Part shown: in pieces, positions 54,501-64,000 of the stretch
Numbering within the stretch: the first letter of the stretch is position 1
How the letters are laid out: every line of letters starts with the position of its first letter
Assembly (NCBI GenBank): GCA_965222375.1
Contig: CBDCTZ010000011.1
Location: 512,001 to 576,000, forward strand
Length of the DNA stretch: 64,000 nt
From: Polyangiaceae bacterium
GTDB lineage: Bacteria; Myxococcota_A; Polyangia; Polyangiales; Polyangiaceae
Direction of reading: 5' to 3'
Program-made: the position numbers and the translations under genes
The notes under the pieces: model-generated
Told to the model about the DNA's origin: nothing
Databases searched by the model: none
What the model saw: the letters and a program-made list of their open reading frames with translations, nothing else

Positions 54501-57500
54501 CGCAACTGACACCGTTGCCGTCGTAGCCCGGGTCGCAGGCGCAGCTGAAGGAGCCCGGCGTGTTGGTGCAGGTGGCATTGACGTCGCAGTTGTCCAAGTT
54601 CTGGCCGCATTCGTCGACATCCGTGCAGATGAACCCGTCTCCATTGAACCCAGGGTTGCACGCACAAGTGAAGCTCGTGGCCGTGTTCGTGCACGTTGCG
54701 TTCGGATCGCAGGATGTCGGCGTGCATTGGGTGTCACTACTGCACACCACGCCGTTGCCCGTGAAGCCTGCGTTGCAAGTGCATGTGAATGAACCGGGCG
54801 TGTTGGTGCACGTTGCGTTCTCGGTGCAGTTGTCGAGATTGAGCGCGCACTCGTCCACCTCTGTGCAAGTAGTGCCGTCGCCGCTATACCCGGATGGGCA
54901 GCTGCACTCGAAACTGCCGGGAGTGTTGCTGCAAACGGCCAGGGGTGCGCAGTTGTCGAGGCTCAGCGCGCATTCGTCGATATCCGTGCAGGTCTTGCCG
55001 TTGCCCGTGAAGCCGGGGTTGCAGGAGCAGCTGAACCCGCCAACCAGGTTCGTGCAGCTAGCGTTGACATCGCAGTCGTCGCTGCCCTGCGCGCACTCGT
55101 CGATATCGGTGCAGGATTTTCCATCACCTTCGGTGCCCGAGGGGCAGCTGCACTCGAAGCTTCCCAGGGTGTTTTTGCAGATGGCATTTTGCGCGCAGTC
55201 GTTGCTGCCGTCTTTGCACTCGTCGACGTCGGTGCAGGTGGTGCCATCGCCCTGATAGCCAGGCTTGCAGGTGCAACTGAATCCGCCGGACTCGTCGGTG
55301 CAGAAGGCGTTTTCGTCGCAGCCGTGTGTGCCTTCCTCGCATTCGTTGATCTCGGTGCACATCTCACCGTCGCCGCGGTAGCCGACCTTGCAGGCACAGG
55401 TGTAGCCGCCATGAGTGTTGGTGCAGTTCGCGTGCACGTTGCAGGTATGCTTGCCGGTCGTGCATTCATCCGCGTCCTGGCACTCCTTGCCGTCGCCCTC
55501 AAAGCCGTCCTTGCAACTGCAGTGATAAGCGCCTGGTGTGTTTTCGCAGTTGGAGTTCATGCCGCAGTCATTGGGGCCGTCCTTCTTGCATTCGTCGATG
55601 TCCGTTCAAGTCTTGCCGTCGCCCTCCCAGCCTGAGTGGCACTCGCAGGTGAATCCACCAACGGTGTTGGTGCAGTCTGCGTTCACAGAGCAGTCATGGG
55701 TGCCCGCGGCGCATTCGTCGGTGTCAGTGCAGGTCTTGCCGTTCCCTTTGTAGCCGGAGTTGCACAGACAGTCGTAGCTGCCGGGGGTGTTTTGGCACTG
55801 CGCGTTCGGATCACAGGTGTAGGAGCCTAGGGCGCACTCATCGATGTCGGTGCAGGTCTTGCCATCGCCTTGGTAGCCCTCGTTGCAGGCGCAACCGTAG
55901 CTCCCCGGCGTATTCACGCAGCTGGCGTTGGGATCACAAGTGTACGCGCCGTTGGCGCATTCGTCGTAGTCAGTGCAGTGCTCGCCACTGCCGACATAGC
56001 CCAGGTTGCAGTCGCAGCCGTAGCCGCCGATGGTGTTGGTGCAGGTCGCGTTGGGGTCACACGTGTCGGTTCCAAGCGCGCATTCGTCGACATCGGTACA
56101 AGTGATGCCGTCCCCGGTGTAGCCCTCGTTGCAAGCGCAGCTGTAACTTCCCGGAGTGTTGACGCAGTGGGAGATCGGACCGCAGCTGTAGGCGCCGATG
56201 GCACATTCGTCGATGTCGGTGCAGGTCTTGCCGTCGCCCTCGTAGCCGGCGGTGCAGTTGCAGTCGTAGCTGCCCACGGTGTTCTTGCAAGTGGCGTTAT
56301 CGCTACAGCTGTCCGTGCCCATCGCGCATTCGTCCACATCCGTGCAGGTCTTGCCGTCTCCGGCGTAGCCCGGCTTGCACTCGCAGATGCGGCTGCCCAC
56401 CGTGTTCGTGCAGATCGCGTTGGCGTCGCAGTCGTTCAGACTCGGCATGCATTCGTCGACGTCATTGCAAAAGAAGCCGTCGCCGACGAATCCCGGGTTG
56501 CAGTTGCAGAAGTAGCTGCCTGAGACGCTCTTGCAGGTCGCGTTGACGTCGCAGGCGTTGAGAGTTGGCTTGCATTCGTCTCCAACGTTCTTGCAGCCGT
56601 CGAGGCCAGTGCCAGCGCACTCACAGTCATAGCCGCCGTTCTTGTTCTTGCATTCGCTGCCAGGAAAGCAGGCGTCGAGAGAAAGTGCGCATTCGTCAAC
56701 ATCGAGGCAGGTCTTTCCATCGCCATCGAATCCGTAGTTGCAGCTGCAGCTGAAGGCGCCGGCATTGTTTTCGCAGGTCGCGTTTCCGTCGCAGTCGGCA
56801 CTGCCGTCCGCGCATTCGTCAATATCCGCGCAGCTATAGCCGTCGCCGTCGTAACCCGTGGGGCAGCTGCATTCGACGCCTTCGGCGCCATCGGTGCAGG
56901 TGGCCAGGGGATCGCAGGGACTATCACTGCAGGACATCTGGGGGCTGCAGCTGGAAGCACCGCCTCCGCAATTGCACGCCTCGCCGACGCAGTTCGTTTC
57001 GCCCGTGAGCAGCCGCTCGACGTTCAGACGCCCCCCTGCGGCCACCTTGCCCTTGAAAGCCGGGACTAGATCGGCTGTTTGAATGATCCGGGTCTTGATG
57101 GCGGAGGGAGCGTCATTGGGATGCAGGGAGGCAAACAGTGCTACAGCACCGGTCACGTGAGGCGCCGCCATCGAGGTGCCGCTGGCTTCCACGTAGCCGC
57201 CGCCCGGGGAGGTGCTCAGGATCCCGCTGCCGGGCGCGGCGACGTGCACGCTCTGAGCGCCATAGTTGCTGAAGCTGGCGAGATGATCTGTGGGCTCCGA
57301 AGCTGCTACCGCAATGACGTTTGGTTCGTCGTAGGACGACGGGTAGTGGGGAGTTGCATCGTTGTTGGATGAATCATTGCCAGCTGCCGCGACCAATACT
57401 CCGCCCGCGGCGTCGAGAGCTCGGATTGCAGCCAGCTCGTAGCTGAGGGCCGGGTGATAGCCTCCCAGGCTCGCGTTGGCGCTCTTGACGCCGAGTTTGG

Positions 57501-58326
57501 CGGCGTAGAGCAGGCCTTCGGCCAAGTGGGTCGTCAAGCATGAGGAGGTGCCGCATACCTTCACTGGCACGATGGAAACCTTCCAGTTGACCCCAACGAC
57601 GCCCAGCCCGTTGTTGCCCTTCGCGCCTACGGTCCCCGCTACGTGCGTGCCGTGGCCGTGGTCATCGGTCGGGTCCGCGTCACGATTGGCGAAATCCCAG
57701 CCACGAGTATCATCGACCAGCCCGTTGCCGTCGTCGTCGAGCCCATTGTCGGCGAGTTCGCTTTCGTTGCGCCATAGGTTGGCTTGGAGGTCGGGGTGCT
57801 CCAGGTCCACACCGCTGTCCAGAATCGCCACCCGGGTCTGCAGGTTTCCGGTGCCGTGGGTCCAGGCAGCTTGTGTAGACGTGGCGGCGAGGCCCCAAAG
57901 TTCACTGAGCCGTGGGTCGTTGGTGCTGGCCGAAAGCTTCAACACGTAATTCGGCTCGGCGCTTTCCACGACCCCCGCTTTGAGCAGGGCGGCAGAGGCA
58001 GCAGCTGGTGTCAGATGCGCAGGTAGTCGCAGCCGGATGTAGCCAAGTTGGCGCAGCAAGCTCTGCTCGGGTAGCTCCTCGGCATTGATCTGCGCCAGCG
58101 CACTGTGAAATGCCGCATCGCTGCTGCTGGTAGCTTTCTTGACTACGATTTCGTGGGCGCGGAAGGTCGCGCCATCGCTATCCACGGCCGTCTCTTCGTC
58201 GTATGCCGTCATGGTCGCGGCTGGCTTGGGTTGCTCATCCCCACAGCCAACCAGCAGCGACAGACACAGGGCTGGCAAGAGCAGTTTGCTGCAGCAACGT
58301 GAAAGTCTCGGCAGCTTTAGGCTCAC
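51520..58326 (-). CDS. giant lipoprotein: S8 subtilase, about 25 EGF-like repeats and two 7-repeat RCC1 propellers; in-frame TGA at 55606-55608
   Basis: LVGC lipobox; [24 protein letters not shown]; DxDEC repeats; HTCA..G.VRCWG-type repeats x14; both ORFs are in one frame (DGKT*TDIDEC). Confidence 0.9.
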
Positions 58327-58668
58327 GGCGGGACCTCCTGGTCGGATGGAGTGAGCCCGAAGGGGTCCCGATGGTCTCGGCGGCCCTCCAAGCCTTAGGC
58401 GCGAGGCGCCCTTAGGCCGATGGCTTTGCGCGCGCAGCTTTCGTCTGCGTTTGCCCTTGTCGAAGATCCAACTGACTCAGTTCTCTGACCGGACGCTGGC
58501 GACGACCCTTGAGGGCATTTTCCGAGTAGACACCGAACGAGGCGTCCGGAGGCACTAGGGCCCGGAAATCACGTGCCGCGCGCCCAGATACCGGGGCGGC
58601 AGCCCAGGCCAGCGCCTCGTTGCTTCCATAAGAATGATCGCGATGGGTCGTTGCGCTGAGCAGAACGA

Positions 58669-59097
58669 CTAGCGCCACTTGGGCCGGGGCCGACGCAGCG
58701 GTTTCGGGGCAAATCGCTGCTTCCAGTCGCCGACCGCGAGGCGTTTCCTGCCAACGACCCGGTCCCAGGGCATCACGAAGGCCTCCGCTTCGGTGCCATC
58801 GTGGGTTGTGATCTGCGTGCGCTCGAAAAGCACTGGGACTTCCTTGCGAACGTCAATGGCGCGCAGTGTTTCGCGGTCCACCTCCCACAGCTCGCCGACG
58901 ACTTCCTTGTCCCCTCCGGTGATCATGGCGCCGTAAGGCCCCAGATCCACCAAGCGAAACCCCGGCTGCGTCGTGGTTTTTTGCAGCAACGTGGCGCGAT
59001 GCATCAAGTCGTGGTCCCGCTCACCCCGCAGCAGCGAGCTGTAGGCGAACAGTACGACCACGTCTTGCTTTGCCTGGGACATTTTCACCTCGAACAA
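58669..59097 (-). CDS. gamma-glutamylcyclotransferase family protein
   Basis: LFAYSSLLRGE..VVGELWEV. Confidence 0.8.
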   Translation of the reverse strand: MFEVKMSQAKQDVVVLFAYSSLLRGERDHDLMHRATLLQKTTTQPGFRLVDLGPYGAMITGGDKEVVGELWEVDRETLRAIDVRKEVPVLFERTQITTHDGTEAEAFVMPWDRVVGRKRLAVGDWKQRFAPKPLRRPRPKWR

Positions 59098-59217
59098 TGA
59101 AAGCCAGGCCTCACCGGCTACGCATGCGTTGCGACCCGGGACACCCTCTGCGTCGACAGTAACAGCTTGTCGTGTCCGAGGCGATGCCCGATCACGGCGC
59201 TCAAAGCCGTGAACCCG

Positions 59218-59745
59218 TCACTCGCGCGTAGCAGGGCGCACGAACCGGCGACGGATTCGATCCAGCTGGCGAAAGCAAAGCGCCCAGGCTTCGTGAAGGC
59301 CGGGCAAGTACAAGGAGGGATGAGCCTTGAGCCGCGCGACCCATGGGTCCGGAAGCCCATGCAGCTGCGCGGCATCCACCAGCACCCCGAGGTAGCGGCG
59401 CGATGGCAACGACTCCTTGCCGGCACCATTGGTGACGAAGGTACGGGCGGTCCGCTTGCCGCCGTCGAACTCTACCTCCACCCCGACCTCGCGATAGTGG
59501 TGCCCTTCGAAGCGGCCTAGGCTGTTGAGCGCATGGTCGCTCAATTCGAAGACGACGCCCCATACGTCGTCGCCCTCGGCGCAGGAAACGCTGGCAAAGG
59601 CGGGCTCCAATAGGGGTATCGCTGGATTGTCGAAGACCAGGCGATAGCCCCGTAGCCTGCCCGGCCAGGAGGCGGCCACCTCGATGCCGCGCCGCCGCAG
59701 GGTGGCCGGATGCATGTTCGCTCCGAAAGCGAAGTACAGCGCCAT
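59218..59745 (-). CDS. gamma-glutamylcyclotransferase family protein
   Basis: YFAFGANM; VWGVVF; FEG; PSRRYL. Confidence 0.85.
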   Translation of the reverse strand: MALYFAFGANMHPATLRRRGIEVAASWPGRLRGYRLVFDNPAIPLLEPAFASVSCAEGDDVWGVVFELSDHALNSLGRFEGHHYREVGVEVEFDGGKRTARTFVTNGAGKESLPSRRYLGVLVDAAQLHGLPDPWVARLKAHPSLYLPGLHEAWALCFRQLDRIRRRFVRPATRE

Positions 59746-60110
59746 CACTCCAAGAGCTGCTTCAGGTCGCCGCTCTCGATGAGCTTCATGATCTCCGCAG
59801 CCCCGCCGACAAAAGTGCCCTTCACGAAAATCATCGGGAAGGTCGGCCATCCGGTCCACATCTTCAGGGCACTTCGGCGCCGCCATTGTCCAAGGTAGCT
59901 TCCGTATTCGAGGTACTTGAACTCCACCCCTGCGTCTCGCAGCGCAGCGCGTGCCTTCTTGGGATACGGGTTCTGCTTCATACCAACCACGACGACGTCG
60001 TTGTCGCGGGTCGCCTGCTGGACCTCCGCAACAATCTCGCGATGGTAGTCAGCCACTCGCTGTGCAATAGCGGGGTGGATCTCAGTTTCGGAAAGAACGC
60101 TTCGGGGCAT
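59745..60110 (-). CDS. glutaredoxin-like protein lacking the active-site Cys
   Basis: VVVGMKQNPY; WTGWPTFPMIFVKGTFVGG. Confidence 0.85.
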   Translation of the reverse strand: MPRSVLSETEIHPAIAQRVADYHREIVAEVQQATRDNDVVVVGMKQNPYPKKARAALRDAGVEFKYLEYGSYLGQWRRRSALKMWTGWPTFPMIFVKGTFVGGAAEIMKLIESGDLKQLLE

Positions 60111-60159
60111 GTCGCTTTCTTGTGTACTGATTGGGACCAGCGCAAGGGGCAAGGGGGAA

Positions 60160-60543
60160 CTATCCCACGCGCTCCAGAAGCGCTTCCAGAACCACGGGCA
60201 TCAGATCCGCGCGACTGACCAAGCCTACGAGCTTGCCCTTTTCATGCACCAGAATGCGGCGGAAGTTGTTGGTCATTAGGATGTCGAAGACCTCCACGAG
60301 TTCGTCCTCGACGCTGACCGTCTCCGGGTCCTTGGTCATCAGGGCATCGACGGTCTTCGCGTCTTCATAGAAGGCCTTCAGCAGGTCCTTTTCCGAGAGC
60401 ACGCCTTGTATCCGTCCGCTTTCGTCGACGACGGGCAGGCCAGTAATCCCTCGATCGATAAGCAGCTGCACCGCTTCCCGCAAGGGCGTGCTGGGCTGCA
60501 CTGTCACGACGTCCTTCGTCATTATCCCTCGAATGGTCGTCAT
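60160..60543 (-). CDS. CBS domain pair protein
   Basis: IMTKDV..LPVVD..GVLSEKDL; LVGLVSRADL. Confidence 0.9.
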   Translation of the reverse strand: MTTIRGIMTKDVVTVQPSTPLREAVQLLIDRGITGLPVVDESGRIQGVLSEKDLLKAFYEDAKTVDALMTKDPETVSVEDELVEVFDILMTNNFRRILVHEKGKLVGLVSRADLMPVVLEALLERVG

Positions 60544-60553
60544 GGCCTGCTCC

Positions 60554-61072
60554 TCACTTCTTCTCGAGCACGTACTTGGATAGCTCTTGCCAGTTGGCGA
60601 GCTTGCCGCCGTGCTTCTTGGCGGCCGCTTCTGCCTGGCCCCGCTCCTTGTAGGACAGTACCGCGGGGCCCATGATGCGCTCTCGCTTCACGCCGCCGAC
60701 ATAGCTCGCGCTTTCGGCGGGGATCCAAGGCCTCGGCTTGGTATCAGACTTGGCCGGATCGAAGTCAGCTTCCAGGGCCTCCACGAATATCGAAGTCGCG
60801 CTGCCATGAGGTGAAGGGGCTTGAAGGTACTGCACCATGTCCCCAATGGAGCAGAGGTGCTCCCGGGTCCCGTCCCGATGCACCACCTGACCACGCGGCG
60901 CAGGTTGCTCATGCACCACCATGTTGCAGGCGGCGCACTCGGCCATGCCAATGGGAGCGGCGGAGGCGGAAGCCTTGGCGGCTTCAGACTTGCCCTTGTC
61001 ATCGCAGGCGAGCGCGGGCGCCAGGGCTATCAGAGTCAGGCATCCAACTGCCAAGCCTTGTAGCCGCTTCAT
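60554..61072 (-). CDS. nosL: nitrous oxide reductase copper chaperone lipoprotein NosL
   Basis: ECAACNM; CSIGDM; WIPAESASYV; MGP; nos gene context. Confidence 0.88.
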   Translation of the reverse strand: MKRLQGLAVGCLTLIALAPALACDDKGKSEAAKASASAAPIGMAECAACNMVVHEQPAPRGQVVHRDGTREHLCSIGDMVQYLQAPSPHGSATSIFVEALEADFDPAKSDTKPRPWIPAESASYVGGVKRERIMGPAVLSYKERGQAEAAAKKHGGKLANWQELSKYVLEKK

Positions 61073-61875
61073 CGCTTCGCCTTTTCATAGCGCAACAAGA
61101 AGCCGCTGAGCACGGGGGGAATGACGATCCACGCTGCCCAGATCCCCGCGCTCAGGGCTCGTGATGGCAGTGGCACGGCCAAGCCCAGGTTCTCCAAGGC
61201 ATCCGGCCCGGCGAAAATGCTCATCATCTCGACGCGATACAGGCCCGCGGGGTTGGCGCTCACGAGGCCGGCAATGGTCTGCTGAGTGACGGCGCCGTCG
61301 CTGACCACCAGCAGCCCCAATAGGCCGAGGTCGTAGAAGAAGACGAATAGAAACCAGAGCGTCACCGCCATGCTGGCCGCCGTGATCTGCCGCTTGGCCA
61401 GGGCGGAAATCAGCACGCCCATAGACAGGAATGCGATTCCGAGCTTGAGGGTTGGCAGGACCAAGGCTGCCAGGACGGGTCGCTCCGCGGATGGCGCAAT
61501 GGCCAAGGCGGCGCCGAGCCCGAGGCCGACCGCGACGCTCAGCGCCAGCGCACGCCCCACGAACTTCGCCAGCACGACCTCCAGCTTGCCCACGGGCAGT
61601 GAAAGCAGCAGCCCCAAGGTGTTGCGCTCGCGTTCGCCAACCACCGCGTCATGGCCGAGCACGAGAGCCACTAGGGGCACGACCAGGCTCACCAAGGTGA
61701 CCAGGCTCGGGCCCGCTAGATGGGCCGCAGCAGCGTCGGCGCTTCTCGAGTACAAGCTGACCGCGGATGCGAGGGAGGCAAACACGAGGCTGATCACCAG
61801 GACCCAGCGGTCCCGGGTGCGTTCCAACAGTTCGTGTAGCACGAGAGCACGACCTACCCGGAGCACTTCAGTCAC
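61069..61875 (-). CDS. nosY: ABC permease NosY
   Basis: DAVVGERERNTLGLLLSLP..KFVG; FFYDL; ANP..YR. Confidence 0.88.
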   Translation of the reverse strand: MTEVLRVGRALVLHELLERTRDRWVLVISLVFASLASAVSLYSRSADAAAAHLAGPSLVTLVSLVVPLVALVLGHDAVVGERERNTLGLLLSLPVGKLEVVLAKFVGRALALSVAVGLGLGAALAIAPSAERPVLAALVLPTLKLGIAFLSMGVLISALAKRQITAASMAVTLWFLFVFFYDLGLLGLLVVSDGAVTQQTIAGLVSANPAGLYRVEMMSIFAGPDALENLGLAVPLPSRALSAGIWAAWIVIPPVLSGFLLRYEKAKR

Positions 61876-62776
61876 CCCCCGACAGCAGGTGCTCGTAAAC
61901 GTCGTCGAGACCAGGTTCGACCACCCGCATCGAGCCAACGCCCTCGTCCGCGCTGGCGATCGCCAGCACCGACTTCAACTCGCTCGGCGGCACGGACACC
62001 ACGAGCTCACCGTCGGATTCACTGACGGAGATACCCAAATTGGGATCGCTGAACTGGGACTGCACGCGTTCATGGGCGCCGTTGCTCACTGACAAGTGCA
62101 CGTCCACGGCCAGGGAGGCGTTTTCTCGGATCTTGGTCGGTATGTCGTCGGCGATGGCTTTGCCGTGTTGCAGCACGCACATCCGGTCAATCCGACGCTC
62201 CATCAGGGTGAGTTCGTGGCTGGCAAGAAGTACCAGGCGGCCGGCTTCTCTCCACTCACTCAGAATCGACCAGAGCACTGCCAGCCCTTCCTGATCCAGC
62301 CCGCCCGTGGGCTCGTCCAAGATGAGTAGCTTTGGATCTGCGAGAATGCTCAGGCCCAGTCCAAGGCGTTGGCGCATGCCGCGGGAGTAGCCGCGCACGG
62401 CGCGTCGTGCGGCTTGAGTCAAACCCACGCGCTCGAGTACCTGATCCACGCGCTTCTTCGAGACGCCACGCGCCGAAGCGAAGAAGGACAGGACTTGGCG
62501 GCCGCTGAGGTTCTCCGCGAACGCCACCGCCTCTGGCAGGTAGCCCAGGTGGGTCTTGAAAGCGTTGTCGACGACGCGGTCCTTGTCGTCCACGACCAGC
62601 TTACCGGCGTCGGGGCGCACCAGCCCAAGCAGCACCCGGATCAAGGTGGACTTGCCGGCACCGTTGGGGCCGACCAGCATGACGATTTCACCCTCGCGCA
62701 CGCCCACGCTCACCTCGCTGAGCGCGACGACTCCGCCGAAGCGCACGGAGATCTTTTCGAGGCGGAGGGACTTCAT
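61868..62776 (-). CDS. nosF: ABC ATPase NosF
   Basis: GPNGAGKST; YSRGMRQRLGL; LDEPTGGLD. Confidence 0.88.
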   Translation of the reverse strand: MKSLRLEKISVRFGGVVALSEVSVGVREGEIVMLVGPNGAGKSTLIRVLLGLVRPDAGKLVVDDKDRVVDNAFKTHLGYLPEAVAFAENLSGRQVLSFFASARGVSKKRVDQVLERVGLTQAARRAVRGYSRGMRQRLGLGLSILADPKLLILDEPTGGLDQEGLAVLWSILSEWREAGRLVLLASHELTLMERRIDRMCVLQHGKAIADDIPTKIRENASLAVDVHLSVSNGAHERVQSQFSDPNLGISVSESDGELVVSVPPSELKSVLAIASADEGVGSMRVVEPGLDDVYEHLLSGGD

Positions 62777-64000
62777 CTACAGATCCGTGGAAGTCAGCGG
62801 GCGTTTATCCACCACGGTGGGCACGCGTAGCAAGGGGAGGCGTTGCTCTAGATGAGACAGCAGCTCCAGCGCGGGGCTGCGGATCAGCAAGACAGCACTC
62901 GGAAATCGGTGCACGAGGTTGGTCGTGAAGCTGTCCACTCGATAGGGGCGGTCGCCGAAGCCGTCCCCATTCTGATCCCAGCCCGTGTAGTCGCCCCAGA
63001 AATTGCCGGGACCGTCCTGACCGAATACCAAGTCCTCGCTGGACACGTAGACGACTTGGTTGCGATTGCCGATGAAGGCGTTGCGGGTCACCTCGTTGCG
63101 AACGCTGCCACCCCAAATCTTCACGCCCATGTCGTTGTGCCGGAACAGGTTGTGTTCCAGGTGATTGGTGGTGCTGCCGTAGAAGAACAGGCCCACTCCG
63201 TTGTTCGTGGAGCGGTTGTCCTTGACCGTGCAATCCTCCACGTCGCGCAGGAAGAAGCCTGACTCGATGTTGCCCGTGGCGGTGTTGTTCAGGGCCACGA
63301 TGTTTCGGCTCTGCATCAGAGCGAAGCCGGCTTGGTTGTTCGCCGCGTGGTTGCCGCGAACCGTGTTGCGGTGGGAGTACATGTAGTGCACGCCGTAGCG
63401 GGTCTTTTCCACGCGATTGTTCTCGATGGTGCTGTCGTCGGTCGCGGACAGATAGATGCCATCCCGCCCTCCGAACACCTGATTGCCGCGCACCAAGAGC
63501 TTCGAGCCATCGAAGAGTTGAATGGCGTTGCCTCGTTCCGGGCGGTTGCCCTCCATGGAGCCAGTGATCTTGCTGTCTAGGATCTTCGCGCCGAGGGTGG
63601 CGTGCACCCAAATCCCGAACCCGGGGCAGCTGATCTCCAAACGGCGCAAGATGGCGCCGGTTGCCCTCTTCGCCACATAGGCGCAGGCGTCGGGTGCGCC
63701 CAGGTCCTTGCCACTGCCGCGCAGGGACAAATCCTGCACCTGCGCGAAGGCGCCCTCCACCCGCACCACGGTTCCTTTTCCGCCGCCGTCCAGAGTTGCG
63801 CCCGGGCCGTGAAGTTTGACCCGCCGCCGGACGACCACGTTGCCGCGGTGCACGCCCGGAGCCAGCAGCACGTCGTCTCCATCCTGGGCGCGGTCCAGAG
63901 CCGCTTGTACGCTCTGCCCGGGTTGCACCTGCAGCGTGCGCGCGATGGAACTGGCCGGCGTCAAATACAGCAGCGCCGCTACGACGCCTATGCTCGCCCG
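62777..64000 (-). CDS. nosD: nitrous oxide reductase maturation protein NosD (5' end beyond the window)
   Basis: RGNAIQLF, RDGIY, RYGVHYMYS, GNFWGDYTGWDQNGDGFGD; frame stays open to the window edge. Confidence 0.92.
   Translation of the reverse strand, partial: RASIGVVAALLYLTPASSIARTLQVQPGQSVQAALDRAQDGDDVLLAPGVHRGNVVVRRRVKLHGPGATLDGGGKGTVVRVEGAFAQVQDLSLRGSGKDLGAPDACAYVAKRATGAILRRLEISCPGFGIWVHATLGAKILDSKITGSMEGNRPERGNAIQLFDGSKLLVRGNQVFGGRDGIYLSATDDSTIENNRVEKTRYGVHYMYSHRNTVRGNHAANNQAGFALMQSRNIVALNNTATGNIESGFFLRDVEDCTVKDNRSTNNGVGLFFYGSTTNHLEHNLFRHNDMGVKIWGGSVRNEVTRNAFIGNRNQVVYVSSEDLVFGQDGPGNFWGDYTGWDQNGDGFGDRPYRVDSFTTNLVHRFPSAVLLIRSPALELLSHLEQRLPLLRVPTVVDKRPLTSTDL

Noticed and set aside
51742..54792. 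1016-aa + strand ORF, and similar long ORFs such as 13636-14907 (-) and 22132-23382 (-)
   Set aside because: Antisense shadows of real high-GC genes with no motifs of their own

Overview
High-GC window whose gene content points to Myxococcota, probably Polyangiaceae-like: many Gly/Ser-linker Cys-rich lipoproteins, a MYXO-CTERM protein, Ser/Thr kinases and a myxobacterial ECF sigma factor. The first ~11 kb is a decayed mosaic of truncated and fused gene pieces, an IS91-like remnant, an HNH gene and an IS4 element. The rest is mostly intact secreted-protein, regulatory and redox genes, ending in nosD-F-Y-L. Most notable: (1) a (GCAC)10 tract in the signal peptide of a ~1,260-aa lipoprotein puts the gene out of frame, a candidate phase-variation switch in the OFF state; (2) two diverged HNH/RuvA-C-like genes share a conserved ~185-nt non-coding 5' module, a candidate selfish element, possibly RNA-associated; (3) an AhpD-like selenoprotein with an in-frame CFYU motif and a SECIS-like hairpin; (4) a 2,268-residue subtilase-EGF-RCC1 lipoprotein with an in-frame UGA at an EGF cysteine; (5) a sensor-less sigma-54 activator divergent from a sigma-54 promoter and a 38-aa membrane peptide. 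Single-base frameshifts are frequent, so some may be assembly errors. All family calls come from recognising motifs by eye; no searches were run.
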